From: Nitrospirota bacterium
GTDB lineage: Bacteria > Nitrospirota > Nitrospiria > 2-01-FULL-66-17
Direction: 5' to 3'
Length of the DNA: 64,000 bases
Assembly: GCA_049325295.1 (NCBI GenBank)
Contig: JBMOMD010000033.1
Coordinates: 11,588 to 75,587 of the forward strand
The translations under genes were made by a program, and so were the position numbers. The number at the start of each line of letters is the position of its first letter. The stretch's first letter is position 1. Below, one piece after another: positions 18,355-28,962 of the stretch. The notes beneath the pieces were generated by a model. The model was not told the DNA's origin and searched no databases. It worked only from the letters and a program-made list of their open reading frames with translations.

Positions 18355-19434
18355 TCAGTTCGACTGGGCGAGCAACGGGGACGAGGTGAACTGGAGAATG
18401 CCGGCCGCGAGGGCTTCGGCGAGCCGTTGGCGGAACGTCGGCTGCCCGAGCCGCGTCGCGTCGCCCGGGTTGCTCAGGAACGCCAACTCGGACAGGATAC
18501 TCGGCATGCCGGAGTTGAGGAGCACGTAAAACGGGGCCCGCTTGATCCCGAGATCCACGATCTCGTATTGGCTGCCCACCCCGCGCATCACGGCCTGTTG
18601 CAGCGTGTGCGCCAGTTCGAGCGAGCGTTCGTCGCGTTTGCTGTTCGACAAATCTCCCAGCATGTCTTGAACCAGGGCCCCGACGTCCACGGCGTCTTGT
18701 CCGGGCACGTCGTTTTCCCTCGCCGCGGTGGCGCCGGCGTCGGCGTCGCTCGCTTCGCCCACCACGTACACCTCGACGCCCCGGGCGTCGCGCCGCGGAC
18801 TGGAGTTCGCGTGGATCGACACGAAGAGATCGGCCGCCTGCGTCCGCGCGTACGTGGTGCGGGCCTCCAGCGACACGAATTCGTCGTTCCGTCGGGTCAA
18901 GAACGGCGTGATCCGGTCCTGCCGATTGAGGAGCTTTTCGAGGCGAACCGCGACGTCGAGGACGACGTCCTTTTCTTGAATCCCGCTCGCGCTGACCGTG
19001 CCGGGGTCTTTGCCGCCGTGGCCGGGATCGATCACCACGCGAATCGGCTGCGAATCGTCCGCGGGCGCACGCGTGGCCGGTTTTTCGGTCCGAGCCAGAA
19101 GTTCGCGAAGTCGTTCCGCGTCCCGGGCGTCGTCGCGTCGTCCGGAGCGGCGCGCGAGTTGCTCCGCCAGTTCCGCTTGCCGTTTGAGCGCGGTGAGTCC
19201 CATCGTGCTCTGAGGGGCGGAGGCCACGACGTCGGCGTACCGCGTGATGCAGCGTTGCCAGCTTGAGCGAAGACGCTTGAGTTTGTCGGAGGCGTGGAGA
19301 CGCTGGTCGCAGGCCGCGGCTTCCTGCATCAACGCCGCGGTGGTGGGGGCGGACGAGGCGTGCGAAACCAGGGTCAACACGCCGAGCCACACCAGCGATG
19401 CCAGGCATCGTCGCACAAGAATTCGGCGCGACAT
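18355..19434 (-). CDS. N-acetylmuramoyl-L-alanine amidase (AmiC-like), secreted
   Basis: Signal peptide; Amidase_3 core 'VVIDPGHGGKDPGTVSASGIQEKDVVLDVAVRL'. Confidence 0.8.
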   Translation of the reverse strand: MSRRILVRRCLASLVWLGVLTLVSHASSAPTTAALMQEAAACDQRLHASDKLKRLRSSWQRCITRYADVVASAPQSTMGLTALKRQAELAEQLARRSGRRDDARDAERLRELLARTEKPATRAPADDSQPIRVVIDPGHGGKDPGTVSASGIQEKDVVLDVAVRLEKLLNRQDRITPFLTRRNDEFVSLEARTTYARTQAADLFVSIHANSSPRRDARGVEVYVVGEASDADAGATAARENDVPGQDAVDVGALVQDMLGDLSNSKRDERSLELAHTLQQAVMRGVGSQYEIVDLGIKRAPFYVLLNSGMPSILSELAFLSNPGDATRLGQPTFRQRLAEALAAGILQFTSSPLLAQSN

Positions 19435-19571
19435 TTGGCCCGAACAGTAACGTAGGGCATGGCCGATGTCAATCGTCGCCGGACCGTTTCGTCTTGATTT
19501 TGCGCCGGGGTTCTCGTATAAACGTCAGCACACTCCGGCGCCGTATCCTCGCGCGCCGCGATGGGAGAGGA

Positions 19572-21521
19572 TTGAAGACCCCTGTCGTGACGGTTTTGTA
19601 CCGTCGGGCTGCGGCTGGCCTGGGCTTTTTCGGCCTGCTGGCGGCCCTCCATCTCATCACCAGTCTTTCGATCTCGGCGCAAGGCGTCGAGCCCGCCGCG
19701 ACCCCTCAAGAGCGCGCCGCGTTCGCGCGCGCCAAGACGGCCGTGGTCGCGGGAGATCTGACCGAGGCCGCCGATCTGCTGGATCACTTCGTCCAGACCT
19801 ATCCGGTCAGCGGGTATCGGGCGGAAGCCTTGACGTTGTTGGGCCACATTCGCCTCGAAAACAACGCGTACCAACAGGCGATTACGCTGCTGACCGAGGT
19901 CGTGGACAAGTCGCCGGACAGCGAATTCGCGGATCGCGCGCAGTTGGATCTCGGGTTGGCGTACCTGGGCGCGGAGAATCGGGCGAAGGCCGAGAACGTG
20001 CTCAGCGCGGTCGCGACCGCGGACGCGTCCCCCGCCATTCGGAGCGTGGCCTACGATGCGTTGAGTCGCCTGGCGGCCGAGGCCAAGGACCTGGTCCGCG
20101 CGGTGACGTGGCTGATGGAGGCGCGCGCGCTCGTCGGTGACGACGAAGAGCGGGTCGCGCTCAACGAGCGCATCCGAGACCTGTTGGCGAAGGCCGAGGA
20201 TCCGCGCGACGCGGAGGCGGTGGCCGCGGCGTTCGCGGGACGGTTTCCGGCCGATCTGTCGCTCGCGCGGGCGGGGCAACTGTACGGCGCGTCCGGCGAT
20301 CTGTTCGATCAGGATCGGGTGCTGCAGGCGTTTTTGGCCGCGTTCGGCACCCACGGATTGGCGGCGGACGCGCGTAAAACCGTCGAGGCGAACCGCGCCC
20401 GCGTTCGTGCCGCCAAATACGTGATCGTGGCGCCGCTTCCGTATCAGGGGGACCTCCAGCCGTACGCGAAAAGCATTCTTCGCGGCGCGCAATTGGCGGT
20501 TGACGTGGAACGCGCCGGATCGGATCTCCCGGTGGTCTTGGCCGCTCGGGACTACGGCGGCGACATCGCGCGGTTGGGGGCGGTGTTGGACGAGACCTGT
20601 CGCGAGGCCCGGTGCGTGGGCATCCTCGGCCCGGTGCTCAGCCGGGAAGGCGCGGTCGTGGCGCCGCGCGCCGCGTCGTGGAAAATTCCGGCGATCAGTC
20701 CCACCGCGACCGGCGTGATGCCTCCGAATCGATACGTGTTCCGAACCGCGCTGACCGCGAAGACCGAAGGCGCGGCCGCGGCCCAATACGCGGTCGAACA
20801 TCTGGGGCTGAAGCGGTTCGTGGTGTTGGCGCCCCACGATCGCTATTCGCAGGACGTCGCGGCGGTGTTCGCCGACGAGGTCGCGCGGCTGGGCGGGCGC
20901 GTGGTCTTTTCCTCCACGTACGAGCCCGGGGCCGTGGATTTCGGCCGCGAGATCAAGGCGCTCAAGGAAGCCGATCTCAAGCAAGAGGGCGTGATGGAGA
21001 CCTTGCCGGCGGAAACCGGCGCGCCCGACGCGCCGCCCCAGGAGCCCCTGTACGTGCCGGGATTCGACGCCGCGTTTCTCCCCGGAGACGCCGAGTCCGT
21101 GGGGTTGATCGCCGCGCAACTGCGGTTTCACGACGTCGTGGTCCCGCTCTTGGGCGCCAGCGGATGGAACGATCGTTCGGTGATCAAAATCGGCGGGAAG
21201 TACGTCGAGGACGCGATCTTCGCGGACGCGTTTTTCCTCGACTCGCAAGACGCGGCGGCGCAGCAGTTCGTGAAACAGTATCGCGCGCGGTATCGGGTCG
21301 CGCCCGACGTGTTCGCGGCGCTCGCGTACGACGCCACGGCGACCTTGGTGCGGGGGCTCAAGAACGGAGCCACGAGCGGCGATCGCCTGCGCGAGGAATT
21401 GGCCCGCATGGTCGGGTACGCCGGCGTCAGCGGGTTGATCGGATTCGGCGCGGACGGCGACGCGCAACGGCGATTCTCGTGGATCCAGATCCGCAACGGC
21501 CGGTTCGTCCCCGCGTTGTGA
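19572..21521 (+). CDS. TPR-repeat + periplasmic-binding-protein (type I) domain protein, LpoA-like architecture
   Basis: Signal peptide 'VLYRRAAAGLGFFGLLAAL'; N-terminal TPR-like helices; C-terminal LivK/LppC-like fold. Start TTG/GTG ~19572-19587 (track ORF 19398 overlaps amidase). Confidence 0.6.
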   Translation: MKTPVVTVLYRRAAAGLGFFGLLAALHLITSLSISAQGVEPAATPQERAAFARAKTAVVAGDLTEAADLLDHFVQTYPVSGYRAEALTLLGHIRLENNAYQQAITLLTEVVDKSPDSEFADRAQLDLGLAYLGAENRAKAENVLSAVATADASPAIRSVAYDALSRLAAEAKDLVRAVTWLMEARALVGDDEERVALNERIRDLLAKAEDPRDAEAVAAAFAGRFPADLSLARAGQLYGASGDLFDQDRVLQAFLAAFGTHGLAADARKTVEANRARVRAAKYVIVAPLPYQGDLQPYAKSILRGAQLAVDVERAGSDLPVVLAARDYGGDIARLGAVLDETCREARCVGILGPVLSREGAVVAPRAASWKIPAISPTATGVMPPNRYVFRTALTAKTEGAAAAQYAVEHLGLKRFVVLAPHDRYSQDVAAVFADEVARLGGRVVFSSTYEPGAVDFGREIKALKEADLKQEGVMETLPAETGAPDAPPQEPLYVPGFDAAFLPGDAESVGLIAAQLRFHDVVVPLLGASGWNDRSVIKIGGKYVEDAIFADAFFLDSQDAAAQQFVKQYRARYRVAPDVFAALAYDATATLVRGLKNGATSGDRLREELARMVGYAGVSGLIGFGADGDAQRRFSWIQIRNGRFVPAL

Positions 21522-21525
21522 CGCC

Positions 21526-22203
21526 GTGCCGTTGACCGAGTTCCTCCATACGCTGTCGATCGCGGCGCTTCCGATCCTGCTGGCCATTACGTTGCACGAA
21601 GCGGCCCACGGCTTCGTGGCGGACCGCAAAGGCGATCCGACCGCCCGCTACCTCGGGCGGTTGACCCTCAATCCCCTGGCTCACATCGACTGGTTCGGCA
21701 CGGTGCTCTTGCCGCTGGTGCTTTTGTACGCCGGCGGGATCATGTTCGGGTACGCGAAACCCGTTCCGGTGAATTTCATGAACCTCCGGCGTCCCAAGGC
21801 GGACATGGTGTGGGTGGCGGCCGCGGGGCCGCTTGCGAACCTTGGTCTCGCGGTGATGTTCGGCCTCGTGCTTCGGGCGCTGGGCGCGTTCTCCGGCGCC
21901 TCGAACACCGTGTCGGCGGGAGGCGAACCGGGGTTCCAAATCCTGGAGCCGGTCGTCCAAATGTTGATCTTCGGGGTGGTGGTCAATGTGTTCCTCATGC
22001 TGTTTAATCTCCTCCCGATCCCGCCGCTCGACGGCGGTCGCGTGCTCGTTGGGCTGCTGCCGGAGGCGGCGTCGCGGCGGGTCGCGGGTCTTGAACCGTA
22101 TGGAATGTTGATCGTAATATTGCTCGTTTTTTTGGATCCGTTACATCTGATTTTTCGCGTCTTGAACCCGCTACGCGCGGCGTTGGTGAATCTGATTCTG
22201 TAG
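21526..22203 (+). CDS. Site-2 protease family zinc metalloprotease (peptidase M50)
   Basis: 'ITLHEAAHGFVA' HExxH and 'NLLPIPPLDGGRV' LDG motif in a multi-TM protein. Confidence 0.8.
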   Translation: MPLTEFLHTLSIAALPILLAITLHEAAHGFVADRKGDPTARYLGRLTLNPLAHIDWFGTVLLPLVLLYAGGIMFGYAKPVPVNFMNLRRPKADMVWVAAAGPLANLGLAVMFGLVLRALGAFSGASNTVSAGGEPGFQILEPVVQMLIFGVVVNVFLMLFNLLPIPPLDGGRVLVGLLPEAASRRVAGLEPYGMLIVILLVFLDPLHLIFRVLNPLRAALVNLIL

Positions 22204-22303
22204 GCAACCTTGACCACGCGGCGACGGACGAGTGGCCGGCCGGTTCCGGTCCACGCGACGATCGGCAACCGTCGGGCGGAGACTTGGCGGAAAAGGAGTG
22301 AAC

Positions 22304-23317
22304 ATGGCTGGTAAGCCTCGAATCCTGAGCGGGATGCAGCCCAGCGGTCGGTTGCACCTCGGCAACTATATGGGGGCGCTCGCGAACTGGGTCTCGCTCC
22401 AGGACACCCACGACTGTTTCTTCATGGTCGCGGATTGGCACGCGGTGTCCACCAACTACGCCGAGACCAAGCGCATTCGATCATTCACCCGAGAGATGCT
22501 CATTGACTGGCTCGCGTCGGGCCTGGATCCGAGCCGGTCCGCGATTTTCGTGCAGTCGTCCGTGCCGGAGCACGCGGTCCTCCATCTCTTGTTGTCCATG
22601 ATCGTGCCGGTCCCGTGGCTCGAACGCAATCCGACGTACAAGGAACAACAGGAGCAGTTGGCCGACCGCGACATGACGAGTTACGGATTCATGGGCTATC
22701 CGGTTCTCCAATCCGCGGATATCCTGCTGTATCGGGCCGACGCGGTGCCGGTGGGGCAAGACCAACTGCCGCACCTGGAGATTACCCGCGAGATCGCGCG
22801 CCGATTCAATCACATCTACGGGGAGGTCTTTCCCGAGCCCAAGGCGTTGCTGACCCCGGCGGCCAAACTGCCGGGAACCGACGGTCGCAAAATGAGCAAG
22901 AGCTACAACAACGCGATCTACCTGTCGGACCCGGAGCCGACCGTTCGGGAGAAGCTCAAGACCATGGTGACCGATCCCGCGCGCAAGCGGCGGAGCGATC
23001 CCGGGAACCCGGACGTGTGTCCGGTCTTCGACCTGCACAAGATCTTTTCGCCGGCTCCCGCGATCGAACGCGTCAACGCCGAGTGTCGAACCGCCGCGAT
23101 CGGGTGCATCGACTGCAAGGCCGTGCTGGCCGACGGGGTGGTGGCGCGCATGCGGCCGATTTGGGAGCGGCGCGCGGCGCTGGAGCAGGACACGTCTCAG
23201 CTCGATCGCGCGATCAAATCAGGCGCGGAAAAGGCGCGCGCGGTGGCGGCCGAGACGTTGACCGCGGTGAACGCCGCGATGCACCTGGGCGGGGAACCCC
23301 CGTCGGCCTCCCCGTAG
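22304..23317 (+). CDS. trpS: Tryptophan--tRNA ligase
   Basis: 'GMQPSGRLHLGNYMGAL' HIGH region and 'KMSKS'; RBS AAGGAG upstream of ATG 22304. Confidence 0.9.
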   Translation: MAGKPRILSGMQPSGRLHLGNYMGALANWVSLQDTHDCFFMVADWHAVSTNYAETKRIRSFTREMLIDWLASGLDPSRSAIFVQSSVPEHAVLHLLLSMIVPVPWLERNPTYKEQQEQLADRDMTSYGFMGYPVLQSADILLYRADAVPVGQDQLPHLEITREIARRFNHIYGEVFPEPKALLTPAAKLPGTDGRKMSKSYNNAIYLSDPEPTVREKLKTMVTDPARKRRSDPGNPDVCPVFDLHKIFSPAPAIERVNAECRTAAIGCIDCKAVLADGVVARMRPIWERRAALEQDTSQLDRAIKSGAEKARAVAAETLTAVNAAMHLGGEPPSASP

Positions 23318-23321
23318 GCCG

Positions 23322-24331
23322 TTAGTTGTCCGCGTCAGCCAGAATACACGCCACCACGTGGCCGTCGGCGATCTGCGTCAACGGGGGATCGACCTTCAGG
23401 CATTCAGGGACCCGTTTCGGACAGCGGGAATAGAATCGACACCCGGTCGGCAGGTTGATGGGGCTCGGCGGGTCGCCGTCGAGGAGCGTGGCGCGGGGCG
23501 CGACGCCGGGGTCCGTGGTCGGGATCGCCGCGATGAGCGCCTGGGTGTAGGGATGGCGCGGGCGCGCGAACAACGCGTCGGAGGACGCGAGTTCCACGAT
23601 GCGGCCGAGATACATCACGGCCACGCGGTCGCTGATGTGGCGGACCATCACCAGGTCGTGCGCGATGAACAGCAGCGACAATCGGTATTCGCGCTGAAGG
23701 TCTTGGAGCAGGTTGATGATCTGGGCTTGAATCGACACGTCCAGCGAGGAGACGGGTTCGTCCGCGACCACCAGTTGCGGATTGAGGATCAGGGCGCGGG
23801 CGATGCCGACGCGTTGGCGTTGGCCGCCGCTGAATTCGTGGGGATATCGAGTCAGCGCGTCGGCGGACAGTCCGACCTTTTCGAGGATGACGCGAACCGT
23901 GTCGGCGCGTTCGGTTCGCGAGCCCAAACCGTGCACCACGAGCGGCTCTTCCAGGATCGTTCCGATCCGCATCCGCGGATTCAGCGATGAAAACGGATCC
24001 TGAAACACGATTTGCAGGTGCCGGCGCAGCGCCTTCATCCGCGCCGCGGACGCGGTCAACAGGTCTTCGCCGAGAAATGTGATCGACCCGGCCGACGGGT
24101 CGATCAATCGCAGGATGAGGCGGCCGGTGGTGGATTTCCCGCAGCCGGATTCGCCGACCAAACCCAACACCTCGCCCCGGTTGATGTGAAACGACACGCC
24201 GTCCACCGCGTGCACGCGCTGCGCCCGGCTCAGGCCGAGCGCTCCGGATCGCACCGGGAAATATTTGGCGAGTCCGTGGACGTCCAACAACGCGTCGCCG
24301 TCGGGTGTCGGCGACCGATCCGGCGCGGGCG

Positions 24332-24335
<4 letters not shown>
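23322..24335 (-). CDS. Oligopeptide/dipeptide-type ABC transporter ATP-binding protein (OppF/DppF-like)
   Basis: 'GESGCGKSTTGR', 'LSGGQRQRV', C-terminal oligopeptide-ABC domain; GTG 24335 overlaps upstream stop (GTGA). Confidence 0.8.
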
Positions 24336-25333
<998 letters not shown>

Positions 25334-25359
25334 GGAGGCGGGTTGTCCGCGCACGTGGC

Positions 25360-26172
25360 CTACGGGGCGACCCCGGGATCCAAGCAGTCTTTTTGCGCCA
25401 GCGCCAGATACAGCGCGGTGTGATCGCCGTCGATCGCGTCGGCGGGAATCGACTCCCACTCTTCGCGCGCGAGGTCGGGGAACCCGCTCATGTAATAGGT
25501 GATGCCGAGATGGATCGTCGCGGGCACGTATTCCGGAGAAATTTCCTTGGCGCGGAGAAACACGCGGATGGCTTCGTCGTACGCGCCTTGTTCCCGGAGG
25601 ACCATCCCGACCTTGGTGATGACGTCGGGAAAGGTGGGACACAGGCCGAGCGCCTTGCGGTACTCGTCCAGCGCTTCGTCGAGCAACCCGAGGTTGACGT
25701 ATCGATCGCCGAGCGCGACGTGTTCGTTCGCCAGCCGTCCCCGCACGTAGAAGTCGGTGGCACGCGGGGCGTCCTTGACCAGCTTGGCGGCGTCGGAATA
25801 GGCCTGCTGCGCGTCCTCGTACCGGCTGAGGTCGGCGTAAGTGACCGCGAGGTTCAAGCAGGCTTCGGTGTACCGCGGGTTGGCTTGCACCGCCTTGAGG
25901 AACCACTCGGCCGCGGTTTCGATCTGGCCCTGAAACGCGGTGATGAGACCGAGACGGTTGTAGATATCCGCGTAGCCGCTTCCGCCGGCCTCGATTAATT
26001 TGAGGTATAAATCTTCGGCTTCGGGGTAGCGACCCGCCTCGAACAGTCGTGAGGCTTTCTCGTACTTGGCGTCAAATTCGATCGACACGGCGGGCTCCCT
26101 CGCGCGGAAAAACTCTACACCAAACGAAAAAATGAAGTCAATCACGGACCGCGTCGCGGCGTTGTTTGACAC
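25360..26172 (-). CDS. Tetratricopeptide-repeat protein
   Basis: Repeated 34-aa TPR units ('AEDLYLKLIEAGG..YNRLGLITAFQGQIETAAEWFLKAVQANP..'). Confidence 0.7.
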   Translation of the reverse strand: MSNNAATRSVIDFIFSFGVEFFRAREPAVSIEFDAKYEKASRLFEAGRYPEAEDLYLKLIEAGGSGYADIYNRLGLITAFQGQIETAAEWFLKAVQANPRYTEACLNLAVTYADLSRYEDAQQAYSDAAKLVKDAPRATDFYVRGRLANEHVALGDRYVNLGLLDEALDEYRKALGLCPTFPDVITKVGMVLREQGAYDEAIRVFLRAKEISPEYVPATIHLGITYYMSGFPDLAREEWESIPADAIDGDHTALYLALAQKDCLDPGVAP

Positions 26173-26239
26173 GCCGCGGGACGCTCCGCTAGAGTGCGCT
26201 GCTCATTTCATCCGGTCGAAGTCGGAGTAGAGGCCCTAC

Positions 26240-26839
26240 GTGTTGGTTCGTGACGCGGAGTTCATCCGAGCGTGCGTGCATCCCAAGGATTTTCCCAGGA
26301 CGGGATGGCCCGAGATCGCGTTCGTCGGCCGGTCGAACGTGGGCAAGTCGTCGCTGCTCAACGCGCTGTTGGGGCGCAAACGATTGGCCAAGATCAGCGC
26401 GACGCCCGGGAAAACGCAAACCGTCAACTTTTTCGCCGTCAACAAGTCCGTCTTCTTCGTCGATCTTCCGGGATACGGGTACGCCAAGGTTCCCCAGGCG
26501 GTCCAACGCGCGTGGCGGTCATTCATCGAGGCGTATTTGTCCGAACGGGACACGCTGCGCGCGGTGGTGTTGCTCGTGGACGCCCGGCATCCGCCGACCG
26601 AATTGGACGCCGCGATGCATCACTGGCTCGCGTCGTACCGGGTGCCGGAGATCGTGGTCGCGACCAAGGCCGACCAGGTCCCGCGCGGCCGTCGCCGCGA
26701 CGCGCAGGAACGGATCGCTGCGACGCTCGGCCTCGCCGAACGCGAATCCGTGGTCTTCGTGTCGTCGCAGACCGGTGAAGGCCGCCCGTCATTGTGGGCC
26801 CGGATCGACGAGGCCGTCGCCGACCGCCGTCGCGGCTGA
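26240..26839 (+). CDS. engB: Ribosome biogenesis GTP-binding protein YihA/EngB
   Basis: 'IAFVGRSNVGKSSLLNAL' G1, 'DLPGYGYAKV' G3, 'TKADQV' G4. Confidence 0.85.
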   Translation: MLVRDAEFIRACVHPKDFPRTGWPEIAFVGRSNVGKSSLLNALLGRKRLAKISATPGKTQTVNFFAVNKSVFFVDLPGYGYAKVPQAVQRAWRSFIEAYLSERDTLRAVVLLVDARHPPTELDAAMHHWLASYRVPEIVVATKADQVPRGRRRDAQERIAATLGLAERESVVFVSSQTGEGRPSLWARIDEAVADRRRG

Positions 26840-26968
26840 CGAGTTTCCGTCCGTCCCCCCCGTTGGTCCCCCGATCCGTCCGTTGATTCCTTGACAGCGA
26901 TCCGACGGCTGTTATCTTTAGCGCCCGTTGGGTCGGCGACTGGTCCGTCATCCATGGAGGAGGGAGTT

Positions 26969-28075
26969 ATGAAGGCACGAACGGTGGGGAAGTGGCTCGT
27001 CGGAGTCGCGGCGCTGATTGCGTCCGTTGGGGCGATGTCCTCGGTGCTTCAGGCGGAATCGGTGGGGGACGCCAAGGTTCAGAAGGCGCGTCGCACGCTG
27101 ATTTCGCTGTCGACCCTGGATAAGATGACCGTGCTTCCAGGGGACTTGGGACCGTTGCCGGCCGTTCCGATTCCGGCGAACAATCCGCAAACGCCCGAGA
27201 AAATCGAGTTGGGGAAGATGCTGTTCTTCGATCCGCGCCTGTCGGCGAACGACCATTGGGCGTGTTCGACTTGCCACAGCCCGAGCTTCGGATACGGCGA
27301 CGGGTTGCCGCGGTCGCTCGGATTCGGGGACGAGAAGGAACTCAATCGCCATTCGCCGACCGTGATCAACATCGCGTACAACTCGGCGCAGTTCTGGGAC
27401 GGCCGGGCGGCCACCATGGAGGACCAAGCCACCGGACCGATCGTGGCGGCACGGGAGATGAACTCGAATCCCCAGCAAATGATCGAAGAGATCTCGGACA
27501 TCCCGTATTACAATGAAAAGTTCAAGGAAGTCTTCGGCGGACCTCCGTCGATGAAGAACGTGGGCATGGCGATCGCGTCGTTTGAGCGGACGCTGGTCAC
27601 GGGTGAGACCCGATTCGACAAATACGAAAAAGGGGACAAGAAGGCGCTCACCGAGCAGGAAAAACGCGGATTGGTCATGTTCGTCAGCAAGGCCGCGTGC
27701 ACGCAGTGCCACAATGGCCCGAACTTCACCGACAGCAGCTTCCACAATATCGGCGTGCCGCAGGAAGGCCCCGCCAAGGAAGACGTCGGACGGTTCGCGG
27801 TGACCAAGGATGAGAAAGACATGGGCGCGTTTAAGGTGCCGTCCTTGCGCAATATCGCGATGACCGCCCCGTACATGCACACCGGCGTGTTCGATACGCT
27901 GGACGAGGTCGTGGATTTCTACAATAAGGGCGGCGGCTCACATCCGAACAAGAGCCCCAAGATGCTTCCGCTGAACTTGACCGACGTGGAGAAGAAGGAC
28001 CTGGTGGCGTTCCTCAAGACACTCACGGGCGATCTGCCGCAGATCGTTCCTCCGCAACTTCCGCCACGGTCGTAA
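26969..28075 (+). CDS. Di-haem cytochrome c peroxidase (CCP/MauG family), secreted
   Basis: Signal peptide; two haem motifs 'CSTCHSP' and 'CTQCHNGPNFTD'; start trimmed to ATG 26969 with GGAGG RBS. Confidence 0.85.
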   Translation: MKARTVGKWLVGVAALIASVGAMSSVLQAESVGDAKVQKARRTLISLSTLDKMTVLPGDLGPLPAVPIPANNPQTPEKIELGKMLFFDPRLSANDHWACSTCHSPSFGYGDGLPRSLGFGDEKELNRHSPTVINIAYNSAQFWDGRAATMEDQATGPIVAAREMNSNPQQMIEEISDIPYYNEKFKEVFGGPPSMKNVGMAIASFERTLVTGETRFDKYEKGDKKALTEQEKRGLVMFVSKAACTQCHNGPNFTDSSFHNIGVPQEGPAKEDVGRFAVTKDEKDMGAFKVPSLRNIAMTAPYMHTGVFDTLDEVVDFYNKGGGSHPNKSPKMLPLNLTDVEKKDLVAFLKTLTGDLPQIVPPQLPPRS

Positions 28076-28108
28076 CGGGACACCATAGACAAGACAAGGA
28101 GGCCATGT

Positions 28109-28738
28109 ATGGTACGCGGGTATCGAATCGTAGGAGTGTTGGCGGCGGGCGTGTTGGCGTTGGCGCAGGTGGCTGAAGCCGGCACGGTGAGCGGGAAGGC
28201 CCGCGTGGCCGGCAAGGAGAACGCGGCGAACATCGTGGTCTATCTGGAAGGCGTGAACGGGGCGTTCACGGCGCCGCAGAAACGGCCCGAAATGAACCAC
28301 ATCAACCTTCAATTTCAGCCGTCCGTGATGGCCGTGTTGAAGGGCACCACGGTGGATTTCCCCAACAGCGACTCCGTGTTCCACAGCGCGTTCTCGATTT
28401 CTCCGTCCAACCCCTTTGATCTCGGGCTGTATCAGAAGGGCCGTGAGAAATTCGTGGTGTTCAAGAACCCCGGCGTGGTGGAGCTGTTCTGTCACATTCA
28501 CAGCCACATGCACGGATTCATCCTGGTCTTGGAGAATCCGTATTTCGCGACGACCGGTCCGGACGGCGGGTTCTCCATCCCGAACGTTCCGGATGGGAAC
28601 TACACGGTCAAGGCGTGGGCCAGCCCCACGGCGACCATGACGAAGACCGTGAGCCTGAGCGGCGATAAGAACGTGAACATGGACTTTACCTTGACGGCCG
28701 ACACGGATGCCGGCCTCACGGTGACGGCGGCTCGCTAA
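28109..28738 (+). CDS. Secreted cupredoxin-like protein (type-1 Cu motif) with carboxypeptidase-regulatory-like beta-sandwich
   Basis: Signal peptide; 'FQPSVMAVLKGTTVDFPNSDSVFHSAF' (cupredoxin His region) and 'FCHIHSHMHGFILV' (C-x2-H-x2-M); 'GGFSIPNVPDGNYTVKAW' CarboxypepD_reg-like. Confidence 0.6.
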   Translation: MVRGYRIVGVLAAGVLALAQVAEAGTVSGKARVAGKENAANIVVYLEGVNGAFTAPQKRPEMNHINLQFQPSVMAVLKGTTVDFPNSDSVFHSAFSISPSNPFDLGLYQKGREKFVVFKNPGVVELFCHIHSHMHGFILVLENPYFATTGPDGGFSIPNVPDGNYTVKAWASPTATMTKTVSLSGDKNVNMDFTLTADTDAGLTVTAAR

Positions 28739-28762
28739 CGCACCGCCTGTTTGACGACGGAT

Positions 28763-28802
28763 CGGCGTAGATCGGGGACCCGATCTACGCCGATCGTTTT
28801 TT
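28763..28802 (+). terminator. Rho-independent terminator after the CCP-cupredoxin pair
   Basis: 13-bp perfect stem 'cggcgtagatcgg/ccgatctacgccg' with 3-nt loop, followed by TTTTTT. Confidence 0.7.
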
Positions 28803-28962
28803 CGGCGAACGCCTCCTCATTCGGCCGTTCCCGCGGCGCGGCTGCCTTGACTTTGGGAGGCGGCGCAAGGCAACATACCGTCGCTAACTGCCGACCACGC
28901 AGCCCTGAGCCCGGCATTCAGGGCTCGTTTTGTTTTCGCCGCGAGTGAGACGTGAGGATGGT

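Noticed and set aside
17555-19408. 617-aa minus-strand ORF in the track
   Set aside because: Only its last 260 residues are real (truA, 17555..18337). The upstream part is an alternate frame overlapping the genuine amidase gene (18355..19434), whose product has a signal peptide and Amidase_3 motifs.
19374-21629. 751-aa minus-strand ORF
   Set aside because: Entirely antisense to the TPR/PBP protein gene and M50 start; Arg-rich composition; no domain signature.
22204-22303. T-box leader upstream of trpS
   Set aside because: Only ~100 nt are available (T-box leaders need ~200-300 nt) and no specifier loop/antiterminator 'T-box' sequence was seen.
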